This document shows, one piece after another, positions 10,101-18,703 of a stretch of 28,764 nt of DNA. Both the position numbers and the translations under genes were made by a program. The stretch lies in IMG/VR virus record IMGVR_UViG_3300012352_000154, positions 1-28,764 of that record; one strand, given 5' to 3'. This DNA is from a virus. Lineage: Duplodnaviria > Caudoviricetes. The notes beneath the pieces were generated by a model, which worked only from the letters and a program-made list of their open reading frames with translations, did not search any database and was not told the DNA's origin. Positions within the stretch are counted from its first letter, which is position 1; every line of letters starts with the position of its first letter.

Positions 10101-13100
10101 TCTGATGTGACAGCACCGAGAGCGACTTATGTTGGTCGTATTGATAAAGTTGTTTTGGATTCATTTGGTAAATTTAATGTTATCAAAGGTGTTCCAGGAT
10201 TTACAGCTAAGGAACCAGAAGATCCAAAAGAAGGATTAGTATTAGGTTCTGTGTATATCCCACCATATACTAAATCAGTTAGCCAAATCGTTCTTTCACA
10301 ACGTGATAACCGTCGTTACACAATGAATGACATTGGTAAACTAGAGCGTCGTATTTCCAACCTTGAGTATTATGTTACTCTTTCTATGTTGGAAAAAGAT
10401 ACAGCTCAGTTACAAATCGTTGATGAAAAAACTGGTCTAGATCGTTTCAAGAACGGTTTCATTGTTGACCAATTTACAGGTCACGGTATTGGTGATGTTA
10501 AAAACGAAGATTATAGAATTTCTGTTGATTCACAAAACAAGATTCTAAGACCAGCACATTACACTAATGCTCTTGAATTAGTTGAAGACTTAGTATCTGG
10601 TGCTGACCGTGGTAATAGATTGTACCAGAAGACTGGCGATCTTATCACTCTACCATACACAGAAAATTCATATATTTTCAATAACAATGCTACTCGTACA
10701 ATGGATATTCATGCCATTTCTATGGGTGCGTTCAGAGGTCAAATTCAATTATACCCAGAGGGTGATAACTGGAAATCTGTAAACCGTAGACCAGATTTGA
10801 TTCGCGTTGATGATAATAATTACGACGCTATTAAATTCATGGCTGATAAACTTGGTGTAACTGGAACTAAGTGGAACGAGTGGCAGACTAACTGGACTTC
10901 TATTACTAGTACATCAGTTCAAAGCGAAACACGTATCTTTGATAAGTTTGATGATACTTGGGGCGACTGGTTAAAAGTTACTGGTTACGAAACAACATAT
11001 ACTGATTGGACTGGTTATCAATCAAGAACTGGTGTTACAACTAATTTAAATTCTTCTGTCAACACTCAAAACTATGGTGACCGAATTGTAGATTTATCAT
11101 ATATCCCATATATGAGATCTCGCCCGATTACTTTTGTTGCTCAAAACTTAAAACCAAAAACTAAGTTCTATTCTTACTTTGATAACATTGCGGTTAACAC
11201 ATATGTTAAACCAGCGGACTTATTCAAAGTTACACGAGTTTCTAACTCTTTAATGTCTTTCAACTTCGAAGACCTACAGAACAATATTCTTTCTGATGAT
11301 CCAAGAAGAGAATATAATGACACTAGATTAACAACTGTTATTGGTGAAAATGGTGGTCGTGTTGAACCAGCGTTCGGTGTTGGCGACGTTCTAACTAACA
11401 CTACTCATGTTCCAACAAATATTGTTAGTATTTCTCACCTAACAACTGCAGCTGCATCTTTCAGCTTCGTTGTTCAAGACGCTAACAATATTAAACCAGG
11501 AAACCATGTTTTATTCTATAACATGAACTTCCATAACGGTATTGACTTGAGAACATATAACGACCACTCTGGTACAAGTATTGGTATCAGTTCAGGTATT
11601 GTTGATAACTCTGTAACATCTAAACAACTTAACTTAAAAGTGTTTAAGGTTATTGCTGTTTCTGGTGGTAGCATTACTGTTGCTAATCCAGATGGTTCTT
11701 TAATTCAACCATTTGATGCTTATACTCCAGGAACTGGTTATGAAGATAACCTAAAAGGTAAAGTATATCGTCTAAAAGCATCTGGCGTTGTTGTTCATAA
11801 CGATAATATTACATCGTTTGATACAATTGGACCAATTACTCAAGATATCTACGTTGCTAATATTAAGAATGGTTTTGCTATCGGTGAAACATTAACTGGT
11901 ACTGTTGCTATCGGTACTACTGGTTCGTTCAACGGTTTAACAGTTACTGAAATCAACGGTTCTAATATTTCAGCTAATGCGCCAACTATGAAATCTGTTG
12001 GCGACTCTATGATAACAAATAATGACGGTACTGCTGTTGGTGTATTCTACATCCCAGAAACTGAAGCATTATCTTTCCGTACTGGCGAACGTACTTTCAA
12101 ATTAACAGATAACTACACTAACAGTAATGCTTCTTTTGACTCTACTGGTTCTGCAGTTTACTACGCACAAGGTATCTCTTTAGATAAAGAACGTACTGTT
12201 GTTTCAAGCCGTGCTGTTGAGTTTGTTCAATCTTCTGCTTTCCAAGATTCTAGAGAACTAGGTTTACCACCTGTTCGTAGATCTACAGTAAGCTCTAAGG
12301 TTATTTACCAGTATGCTTATGACCCATTGGCTCAGACATTTACAGTTAACAATCCAGGTGGTGTTTTCTTAACATCTCTAGATTTGTATTTTATGGAATC
12401 TGGTAAGAGACCAATTTCTATTGAATTACGTCCAACTGATAATGGTGTACCTTCTTCAACAAAGACAATTCCTTTCTCTAAGGTAACTAAGACTGCAGCT
12501 GAAATTAACGTTTCTGATGACAGTTCTGCGGTAACCACATTCAAGTTCAAGTCCCCAGTATATTTACAAGATGGTGAAACTTATGCCTTCGTAGTTATGA
12601 CTGATGAACCAGGTGCTCAACTGTGGGTATCTGAGATGGGTCAACAGGATATCCTAACAGGTAACACTATTGCAGGTCAACCATTGACTGGTTCTCTATA
12701 TGCTTCTCAGAACGCACAAGAGTGGGAAATCCATACTCTGTTAGATATTAAGTTTATAATGAAGTCTGCTAAATTTAATACTAACACTATTGCAGAATTG
12801 TATTTAAGAAATACTCCACCTGAGATGGTAACCCTGCCAGTTGATCCATTTAGAATCACAACCAGCTCTACATATATTAGAGTTAATGCTCCAAATCATG
12901 GTATTTTGGCTGGACAAAAGGTTAAGATTTCTGGAGTGTCAGAAGGTTTGTATGGTGCTAATAGTACAACTCTTGGTATCCCACATACACTACTAAACAC
13001 TTCTCATGACGTTCTTTCTTTAGGACTAGAAAAAGATAGTTTCTTGATCAATCTAAAGATTACAGAAGATAGCACTGGTAATAACCTAATACAAGGTACA

Positions 13101-14438
13101 ACTGCTAACTTTGTAAACGGTCAATATGGTGGTGTAGGTATAAGTATTACTCGTGGTTATGCTATGGATATGTTATATCTAAAAACTTCTGATATTGTTT
13201 TCCCAGACACAAAGATTGATTACTATGTAAAAGGTTTAAGATCTGGAACAAGCACTTTCACAAATTATACTCCGTTTATTCCAAATAGTAACTACACATT
13301 CTCTACAAGAATAAACATTCCATCATATGATAACTATCCAGTTATTGATAACGTTGTAACTGCACCATTGACAGTTAGAGCAGTATTGCAATCTACAAAC
13401 GAGAACGTTTCTCCTGTTATTGACTTACAACAGTTATCAGCATATTCTGTTTCTAACCTTATCAACAAGACTTCTGCTTCTGTTGTAAACGTTCCAGAAA
13501 TTGATAGTCGTGTATTGTTAACACAGGGTGATATTACTAACGTTGACTTAGTATCAGATGGTACAGGTACTGTTTCTGCAGCGACAAACTCTACAACAGT
13601 TACTGGCGTTGGTACTCTATTCCAATCTCAAGTATTCTCTGGTAATATTCTATATAAGAAAGTTGATAATACTGTTATTGGAACTGTATCTACAGTTAAC
13701 TCCAACGAGTCTATCACTTTAACTGGTAATGCTCAAAACGCAGCAGCTGGCGAAGCCTTCTATATTAAGGCAGCTGGTAATCTGTATTTCGAGAACAACG
13801 CTGATGGCGATGCCACAATCAGAACAAATATTGACACTGCTGATAACTTATTAACATCAGCTCGTGTTGGTAAACAACTTAAGATTGAAGGTGTTGGTAA
13901 CGGAATCAATGGTACTTACATGATTAAAGATGTACAAACCGTTGAAGATAAAACTGTTTACGCAGGTAACGAAGAATTGGATGTTATCAAAGTTGTTCTA
14001 CAGGGTGCGTTTGCTACTACTGCAACAATTGATATGATCACTGATCCAGATTTCAAGATTACAATTTATGACCGTTTCGTAGACGACACTTCTCCATATG
14101 GTGTTTCTAACCAAGCCCAATATATTACAAGAACTCTATCTTTGACCCAGGCAGCTGAAATTATCAAAGTGTTGTTTGATGGTAACATTGTTAACAATAC
14201 TGAAGTTAAAGTATATTACAGAACTTGGTCTGGTAACGTTGACTTGAAGAAATTACGTTGGGTTGATACTGGTTTCGTATCTAATAACCAAGATACAGAG
14301 GGTACTTTCGTAGAACGTGATATAACTGTTCCTAATCTACAACCTTTCAATAATGTTCAGATTAAGGTCGTTATGAAATCAACAAACCCTGTGTTTGTAC
14401 CGAAACTAAGAAACTTAAGATTATTAGCATTGTCATGA
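7122..14438 (+). CDS. Large virion structural protein, VrlC-like / DUF4815 family (2438 aa)
   Basis: N-terminal FNTEPYFDDY...FYRILFRP..AVQARELTQLQTILQ, APGAHRYKI, LARRTFDESGNY, DNRRYTMNDIGKLERRI.NLEYY, RFKNGFIVDQF and DPLAQTF are characteristic of this family, which follows gp8 in cyanophage-type T4-likes. Confidence 0.8.
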   Translation: MALDFNTEPYFDDYEANKDFYRILFRPSYAVQARELTQLQTILQHQVSRFGNHVFKNGSQVIPGSVNVDNKVHFIKLEQFTGTIDVTTYIETFKNKIITGETSGVKMRVLDTSGGSAVVDELSFPTLYCKVEGTAPDNTTNRLLPGENIIAYTEDNLMSTNFRLTEDQLTDITAIVKLTGNSGETPTTYTGDASSDVLGYGYSVDVAAGIYYVDGTFVRNDDLKLYVGRFNNTPSCRVGFKVTEETVAPEDDESILDNATGSYNFAAPGAHRYKISLSLVKLDLVSTDNIKFIELVRINNGRVQQKVQKSSYAELEKTLARRTFDESGNYEVNKFKMSVREHLNNGSNNGVYTPLPDGTLPTAGVTYGSDDKFVLVVDPGKAYIHGYEVESSTSNFIEFDKAREIDGNEGNHIQRTTSQTIGLNIGNYVDINNLYKFPNLDTFEKVYLVKTLQPRVAQCRAVVSGGVIQSVIVDDGGFGYSASFSTVAAQADLRCGVIPVTASGSGAILSVTVSNGVVQSVAVTNGGSSYSSTNPPQIRLLNNLYINNSTGGEISNAPLTTNIVGTARVRALQLSDPDTIYTKTEYKLGLFDINMFNGGSFERSVKSIVGIQGGLNFSANISPTTYQLAGTGNASTASNALSGYGTTFLNNVLPGDMIYLNDQLAGIVSTINSDYSITLTGNSLVNQSNARITVFTAMLHEPQYETLLLPVGQSNVKTLRGFQNGSDTVKSTEVVVRRQFADMATNTNKAWFEVTNVDETFLSDADLENYVLINKTTNLPVPFSSDDTTGVYITFDNDTIRKQVNFWNVPNDSYYLIASVQQVSAAAQEKPKVLNKVDGEMIITDKRTINSNTIDLNHGDIFKLIKIECTPDGSYTFDEDNVIDITDNYTLDNGQRPTYYTYGKINLKPGYPVPNGAIRVTYWFFTVSGITDGNYFSVDSYTTASGIDYSEIPSFYTTDSNGKQTETSLTDVLDFRPILTTTNGFYPELPKIGSDVTAPRATYVGRIDKVVLDSFGKFNVIKGVPGFTAKEPEDPKEGLVLGSVYIPPYTKSVSQIVLSQRDNRRYTMNDIGKLERRISNLEYYVTLSMLEKDTAQLQIVDEKTGLDRFKNGFIVDQFTGHGIGDVKNEDYRISVDSQNKILRPAHYTNALELVEDLVSGADRGNRLYQKTGDLITLPYTENSYIFNNNATRTMDIHAISMGAFRGQIQLYPEGDNWKSVNRRPDLIRVDDNNYDAIKFMADKLGVTGTKWNEWQTNWTSITSTSVQSETRIFDKFDDTWGDWLKVTGYETTYTDWTGYQSRTGVTTNLNSSVNTQNYGDRIVDLSYIPYMRSRPITFVAQNLKPKTKFYSYFDNIAVNTYVKPADLFKVTRVSNSLMSFNFEDLQNNILSDDPRREYNDTRLTTVIGENGGRVEPAFGVGDVLTNTTHVPTNIVSISHLTTAAASFSFVVQDANNIKPGNHVLFYNMNFHNGIDLRTYNDHSGTSIGISSGIVDNSVTSKQLNLKVFKVIAVSGGSITVANPDGSLIQPFDAYTPGTGYEDNLKGKVYRLKASGVVVHNDNITSFDTIGPITQDIYVANIKNGFAIGETLTGTVAIGTTGSFNGLTVTEINGSNISANAPTMKSVGDSMITNNDGTAVGVFYIPETEALSFRTGERTFKLTDNYTNSNASFDSTGSAVYYAQGISLDKERTVVSSRAVEFVQSSAFQDSRELGLPPVRRSTVSSKVIYQYAYDPLAQTFTVNNPGGVFLTSLDLYFMESGKRPISIELRPTDNGVPSSTKTIPFSKVTKTAAEINVSDDSSAVTTFKFKSPVYLQDGETYAFVVMTDEPGAQLWVSEMGQQDILTGNTIAGQPLTGSLYASQNAQEWEIHTLLDIKFIMKSAKFNTNTIAELYLRNTPPEMVTLPVDPFRITTSSTYIRVNAPNHGILAGQKVKISGVSEGLYGANSTTLGIPHTLLNTSHDVLSLGLEKDSFLINLKITEDSTGNNLIQGTTANFVNGQYGGVGISITRGYAMDMLYLKTSDIVFPDTKIDYYVKGLRSGTSTFTNYTPFIPNSNYTFSTRINIPSYDNYPVIDNVVTAPLTVRAVLQSTNENVSPVIDLQQLSAYSVSNLINKTSASVVNVPEIDSRVLLTQGDITNVDLVSDGTGTVSAATNSTTVTGVGTLFQSQVFSGNILYKKVDNTVIGTVSTVNSNESITLTGNAQNAAAGEAFYIKAAGNLYFENNADGDATIRTNIDTADNLLTSARVGKQLKIEGVGNGINGTYMIKDVQTVEDKTVYAGNEELDVIKVVLQGAFATTATIDMITDPDFKITIYDRFVDDTSPYGVSNQAQYITRTLSLTQAAEIIKVLFDGNIVNNTEVKVYYRTWSGNVDLKKLRWVDTGFVSNNQDTEGTFVERDITVPNLQPFNNVQIKVVMKSTNPVFVPKLRNLRLLALS

Positions 14439-14683
14439 GTCTTGAAAAGGTAGAAGGTTTCTCTCAGTTTAAAAAAGACACCGCCAATGGTGGTGTCATA
14501 AATACTGATAAGAGATCGTTTGAAAATTATAAAATGGCTAGAATGCGTGCATTATCCAAAGCAAATGAACAAACGCATTTGCAGGATACTGTAAATGACC
14601 TACAACATGAAATAAATAACATTAAATCAGATTTAGGTGATATTAAAAGTATTCTAACTCAACTATTAGAAAAAGGCAAATAA
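14435..14683 (+). CDS. Small hypothetical protein with C-terminal coiled coil (82 aa)
   Basis: ATGA overlap with the upstream gene and TAATG overlap with the downstream gene. It has a heptad pattern (VNDLQHEINNIKSDLGDIKSILTQLL). Confidence 0.75.
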   Translation: MSLEKVEGFSQFKKDTANGGVINTDKRSFENYKMARMRALSKANEQTHLQDTVNDLQHEINNIKSDLGDIKSILTQLLEKGK

Positions 14684-15897
14684 TGGCTGTTATTCATTTA
14701 AGACAAGATAAAGAAAGACCGTTAACCATTGAAGAGGTTGACCATAATTTTGACGCACTTAATACAGAAGTTGCGGAGAAGTTAGATACTGCTTCTTTTA
14801 CTGCACCAAACATTTTATCTATTCTTGAAGGTAATGCAGGTATCGGTTCTACGCTAGACGCTGACATGCTTCACGGTAGATATCCGAACGTGCAAACTGC
14901 CCCGAATACGGTTGTTGTTAGAGACGCTCTTTCTAACATTTATGCAAACCAGTTTTATGGCGTGCACGTCGGTGCCGTCTTAGGTAACGTAACTGGAAAC
15001 GTTGTTGGTACTGTTACTGGTAACTCAACAAACGTTGATGGTGTTGTTCAGTTAGACCACGGTGGTACTGGTGCTACAACGGCTTCTGTTGCAAGAACTA
15101 ACCTTGGTTTAGGAACTCTGGCTATTCAAAATAAAAACCTAGTTGAAATTACTGGTGGTTCTATTTCTGGTATTACTGACATAGCTGTTGAAGATGGTGG
15201 CACTGGTGCTTCTAATGCATCTTCAGCAAGAACTAATTTAGGATTAGTTATCGGTGCGGACGTTCAAGCGTACCACGCAACTCTTACTGGTTTATCTGCA
15301 ACTACTGGTGGTGGCTTTTTAGTTAGAAAGTCTGACAACACTTCAGTTGTTCGTAAATTTGTTGCTGGTAACTCTATTGAAATTTCAAACGTTGATGCCG
15401 TTGCAGGTGACGTAACAGTTGCATTGACTTTACAACCAACTGTTTCTGCAATTCAAAAGGCTGGTAATAATTTAACTGGCGATATTGGTCAATCTGCAAA
15501 TAGATTTAACGTAATTTATGGTCGTTCAACATCAGCTACTTACGCTGACTTGGCAGAAAAATATAAAACAGATAAAGAATATGCACCAGGAACTGTAATG
15601 GTAGTTGCTATGGCAGGCGATGCTGAAGCTACTGCTTGTTTCCAGACTGGTCAGCGTGTTATGGGTGTTATTTCTACGAACCCTGCATTTGTTATGAACG
15701 ATGAAGCAGAAGGTCAAGCTATTGGTCTTACTGGTCGTGTTCCAGTTTTAGTTGTTGGTCCAATCCGTAAAGGTCAAACAATTATTTCAAATCAAGACGG
15801 TAAAGCAATCGCAGGCGACGGTCAAAATGTATTTGGACAGGCTTTAGAAACTAACTTAGATGCTGGTGTTAAATTGGTGGAGTGTTTTATTAAGTGA
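14683..15897 (+). CDS. Tail fibre protein (404 aa) with a probable C-terminal intramolecular-chaperone (Peptidase_G2-like) domain
   Basis: N-terminal anchor RPLTIEEVDHNF, LDADMLHG, G(N/T)V(T/V) repeats and two GGTGA..AS.ARTNLGL fibre repeats. C-terminal ATYADLAEKY...GVISTNPAFVMN...GLTGRVPV.V.GPI.KG domain. Confidence 0.75.
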   Translation: MAVIHLRQDKERPLTIEEVDHNFDALNTEVAEKLDTASFTAPNILSILEGNAGIGSTLDADMLHGRYPNVQTAPNTVVVRDALSNIYANQFYGVHVGAVLGNVTGNVVGTVTGNSTNVDGVVQLDHGGTGATTASVARTNLGLGTLAIQNKNLVEITGGSISGITDIAVEDGGTGASNASSARTNLGLVIGADVQAYHATLTGLSATTGGGFLVRKSDNTSVVRKFVAGNSIEISNVDAVAGDVTVALTLQPTVSAIQKAGNNLTGDIGQSANRFNVIYGRSTSATYADLAEKYKTDKEYAPGTVMVVAMAGDAEATACFQTGQRVMGVISTNPAFVMNDEAEGQAIGLTGRVPVLVVGPIRKGQTIISNQDGKAIAGDGQNVFGQALETNLDAGVKLVECFIK

Positions 15898-16418
15898 TAA
15901 CATTAGATGAAGTTGTGGGATTTTTACACAACCCCTTGCCTTATGAACAAAAGCTGGTTTCAATAATAAACGATAAGGGGGAGCAAATCCCCCTTAGTCA
16001 TTATAGCGAACTATATTCATACCAAAACAAAACTGTAAAGTTAGAAGGTATGGAAAAGTATTCACCATCAATTTTTTATAGATGTTCTTGGTATAAAATA
16101 AAACACGCTCATGCTGGTGCAGTTACTTGTCATGGTTTTATAGCACATGAAAATTCTCCAAGTTTTGGTATGCATACTGACCCAGACGATGTGATTATAT
16201 ACTGCGTTGACGGAGAGAAGTCTTTAATTATAGATGATAAATATACAACCCTAAAAGTTGGTGAAGAAGTTTTTATCCCAGCGAATACCCCACATATGGC
16301 TCTAAACGAGAAAAGTGCATTTACTTTGAGTTTTGGTCTTGAGAAATTTTTAATACATAAAGCGAAAAATTATGAACTGGATGCTATACCTGAAAACAAC
16401 AGAAACTTGCAATCTTAA
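15894..16418 (+). CDS. Minimal JmjC/cupin-fold Fe(II)/2OG-type oxygenase (ROX/Cupin_4-like)
   Basis: SFGMHTDPDDVIIYCVDGEK gives an HxD motif in the context seen in YcfD/NO66-like enzymes. A distal His in GEEVFIPANTPH completes a facial triad. The GTG start overlaps the fibre stop (GTGA). Confidence 0.7.
   Translation: MITLDEVVGFLHNPLPYEQKLVSIINDKGEQIPLSHYSELYSYQNKTVKLEGMEKYSPSIFYRCSWYKIKHAHAGAVTCHGFIAHENSPSFGMHTDPDDVIIYCVDGEKSLIIDDKYTTLKVGEEVFIPANTPHMALNEKSAFTLSFGLEKFLIHKAKNYELDAIPENNRNLQS
15974..15996 (+). terminator. Perfect 9-bp stem-loop (TAAGGGGGA-GCAAA-TCCCCCTTA); possible terminator, attenuator or mRNA-stability hairpin
   Basis: Directly visible inverted repeat about 80 nt after the tail-fibre stop, inside the cupin ORF. 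It lacks a clear U-tract. Confidence 0.4.
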
Positions 16419-17409
16419 TTGCAAGCATTGTTTTACCAACGGTATTGATGGTCCAAAGATATATTGGAATCACAAAGAAGTAATTAAGTGGTTAGATAAA
16501 TTCTCAAACAATATATCTAAAAATGATACAGTTCACTGCGAATTTCATGGCGGTGAACCTTTCCTAGTTGACACCTCAGAAATGAGAAATGTTTGGTTTT
16601 TTACTAAAAATAAATTACCAAACGCAACTTGGGGTGCAACAACAAACCTCGTATTTAAAATGTATGAGCGTCACTTCGGTTTAATAGAAGATGTTTTTAA
16701 TAGACGTATTGCGACTTCTTGGGATCCTAAGATTCGTTTCGCTAATAGAAAACAATATGAATTGTGGCACAGTAATGTAAAAGAATTATTAAGAAGAAAC
16801 ATTACTGTCCGAATGAATATCAGCGTTACAACCGACACTATTAATATTGAACCAATAGTTTTACTAAGGTGGATTCGTAGATTGGGTGTTCAAGAGGTTT
16901 CTTTTGAGCGTCTAACTGGCAATGGTTCAGCAAATAAACACCCAGAGATTTTCCCCACTAATAAAGACCAAGATGCTTGGTTCTTAAAAATGCATCAACA
17001 ATCTGAAAAATATGGTGCAAGAGATTGGTTTGAAAACGATTTTCTAGAGACGGTATATTCTAAATTCGAGACTGGTTTTACAAAGGGTGGTACTTTTTGT
17101 AGAGATTGTGAAGAAAAGATATTCACACTGAACGCTGATGGCTCTATTGCAGGATGCCCAAACTCAGCACCCGAACAACAGTTCGGGCACATAAATATGG
17201 ATATAGATGAACTTATAAATAACCCTATACGGATAGAAAATATAGCGTGTGAACGCAGCAGAAATCCACTTTGTTACAGTTGCGAGGTTTTTAGTTACTG
17301 TGGTGGTGATTGTCATCAGTTATCATGGCAAGATAATGTTTGCGGTGCACCTAAAAGTCTAATGAAACAACTAAGTAAAAAGAAAGTATGGATTCTTAAG
17401 GAACTATAA
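16372..17409 (+). CDS. Radical SAM/SPASM-domain protein 1 (345 aa)
   Basis: CNLNCKHC (CxxxCxxC), FHGGEP, and C-terminal CRDC...GCP...CYSCEVFSYCGGDC...C (Cx2Cx5Cx3C SPASM pattern). Confidence 0.92.
   Translation: MNWMLYLKTTETCNLNCKHCFTNGIDGPKIYWNHKEVIKWLDKFSNNISKNDTVHCEFHGGEPFLVDTSEMRNVWFFTKNKLPNATWGATTNLVFKMYERHFGLIEDVFNRRIATSWDPKIRFANRKQYELWHSNVKELLRRNITVRMNISVTTDTINIEPIVLLRWIRRLGVQEVSFERLTGNGSANKHPEIFPTNKDQDAWFLKMHQQSEKYGARDWFENDFLETVYSKFETGFTKGGTFCRDCEEKIFTLNADGSIAGCPNSAPEQQFGHINMDIDELINNPIRIENIACERSRNPLCYSCEVFSYCGGDCHQLSWQDNVCGAPKSLMKQLSKKKVWILKEL
17214..17221 (+). promoter_or_regulatory. Canonical T4 late promoter TATAAATA inside rSAM1, upstream of the 192-aa gene
   Basis: Exact consensus about 190 nt before ATG 17409. 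A second variant, CATAAATA (17190-17197), is preceded by the hairpin CCCGAAC-AACA-GTTCGGG (17170-17187). Confidence 0.5.
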
Positions 17410-17987
17410 TGGCATTAACCGATCCAATTACAAGACAGAATATTGTAGACCGTTTTGCAGAATATGTAAGAGATTCAGCCAACCCAGGAATTTCTTGGGG
17501 AACTAACGCATGGCCATTTGGTGAATTTGGTGGGTATGCGTATCTTTTTGGTGGAGATACTGGTGGTAAAGGTATTCAAATTGATGGTAATAGTATCGGT
17601 ACAAATGCCGATGGTGATATTACTGCTCAGAATATTTACGACACATTAATCACTGAGACATACAGATATACTAAAATTAGAACAATGCGAGCTGTATTGT
17701 TCGTAGACGGTGGTGGCGGTAATACAGGTTCTCGACCAACTCCTGGTGTTGTATATGACCAAACTGCTATCGCTTACATGAATGATAATTATTTACAAGG
17801 TGTTAGTGCTGGTAGAGATAACGTTTATGCTGGTAACATTGTTACTGCAGGTGGCTTAGAAGTTATGTTTGCGAATATGCGTGCTGCATATAATGGAGCA
17901 AGGGCTGTCAAGGCTGGGGATTACCAAGTGAACGTTTGTCACGCTTCTTGTCATTCATCATGTCATAGTTCTAGAGGAAGAAGATAA
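17409..17987 (+). CDS. Virion-like protein with C-terminal (CHxS)3-RGRR tail; putative substrate of the radical SAM cassette (192 aa)
   Basis: Gly/Ala/Thr/Asn-rich body with no Cys or His, then CHASCHSSCHSSRGRR at residues 177-192. It is coupled by TAATG overlaps to both neighbours. The CDS is secure, while the substrate role is inferred. Confidence 0.7.
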   Translation: MALTDPITRQNIVDRFAEYVRDSANPGISWGTNAWPFGEFGGYAYLFGGDTGGKGIQIDGNSIGTNADGDITAQNIYDTLITETYRYTKIRTMRAVLFVDGGGGNTGSRPTPGVVYDQTAIAYMNDNYLQGVSAGRDNVYAGNIVTAGGLEVMFANMRAAYNGARAVKAGDYQVNVCHASCHSSCHSSRGRR

Positions 17988-18703
17988 TGAATATTGTTGA
18001 AACTATTGCGCCAATTTCTATTGATAATTTGAAAAAGTATTTTACAGATAAAAGTACATTTTTTGTTCTAAATTATAAAGACAGTTCTTTAAAAGGTGCA
18101 AAACTTTTAACATATCTTTCAAATTTAGATGTCCCATGTGATATCAACGTTACTGGTTGTGAAGAACAAGAAGTTTATGATTTGATAAGAGATTATTTAA
18201 ATACAACTATGTTGGTAAATGTACCATCATTAGAAAAAGCTGTAAATCATATCTTACATCAAACAAAGGGTTTAATTCCTTTAAACGATGAACAGTTTAT
18301 TTTAGACAATAAAGAGATATTGTCGATTTGGGTTTCTAAATTAGAAAGTTTATCACTATACAACATGTATATTGTTGGTGGTGAATCTTTTAAAGAATTT
18401 GCAGAAAAATTTGAAAAAGACGATACCGATGAACTTGTTGGTATCAATTTTATCAGCTTATTAAAGAATGAATATTTTTATTCGTTTTACGAAAACACTA
18501 ACCCTGATAATCTAAAATTTTATACTCGCTATTTTGATGATTATATGTTCAGAGGTAAGAACATGTATTCGTATTGGGCTAATGAGAATAATCCATTATT
18601 TTTATTGACTTACGGAATTGCTGAAGGAATGATAACAGGTGAAACTTATATTTCAGCTAAACAAAAAACGATAGAGGAATTAGCAAATGCTACACCTGTT
18701 TAA
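17987..18703 (+). CDS. Hypothetical protein of the rSAM cassette (238 aa)
   Basis: Long ORF with TAATG coupling to the 192-aa gene and no motif I can recognise. Confidence 0.75.
   Translation: MNIVETIAPISIDNLKKYFTDKSTFFVLNYKDSSLKGAKLLTYLSNLDVPCDINVTGCEEQEVYDLIRDYLNTTMLVNVPSLEKAVNHILHQTKGLIPLNDEQFILDNKEILSIWVSKLESLSLYNMYIVGGESFKEFAEKFEKDDTDELVGINFISLLKNEYFYSFYENTNPDNLKFYTRYFDDYMFRGKNMYSYWANENNPLFLLTYGIAEGMITGETYISAKQKTIEELANATPV

Noticed and set aside
17937-17972. CHASCHSSCH read as a c-type heme attachment site
   Set aside because: The spacing is CxxxCH rather than canonical CxxCH, there is no signal peptide, and no cytochrome c maturation genes are visible.
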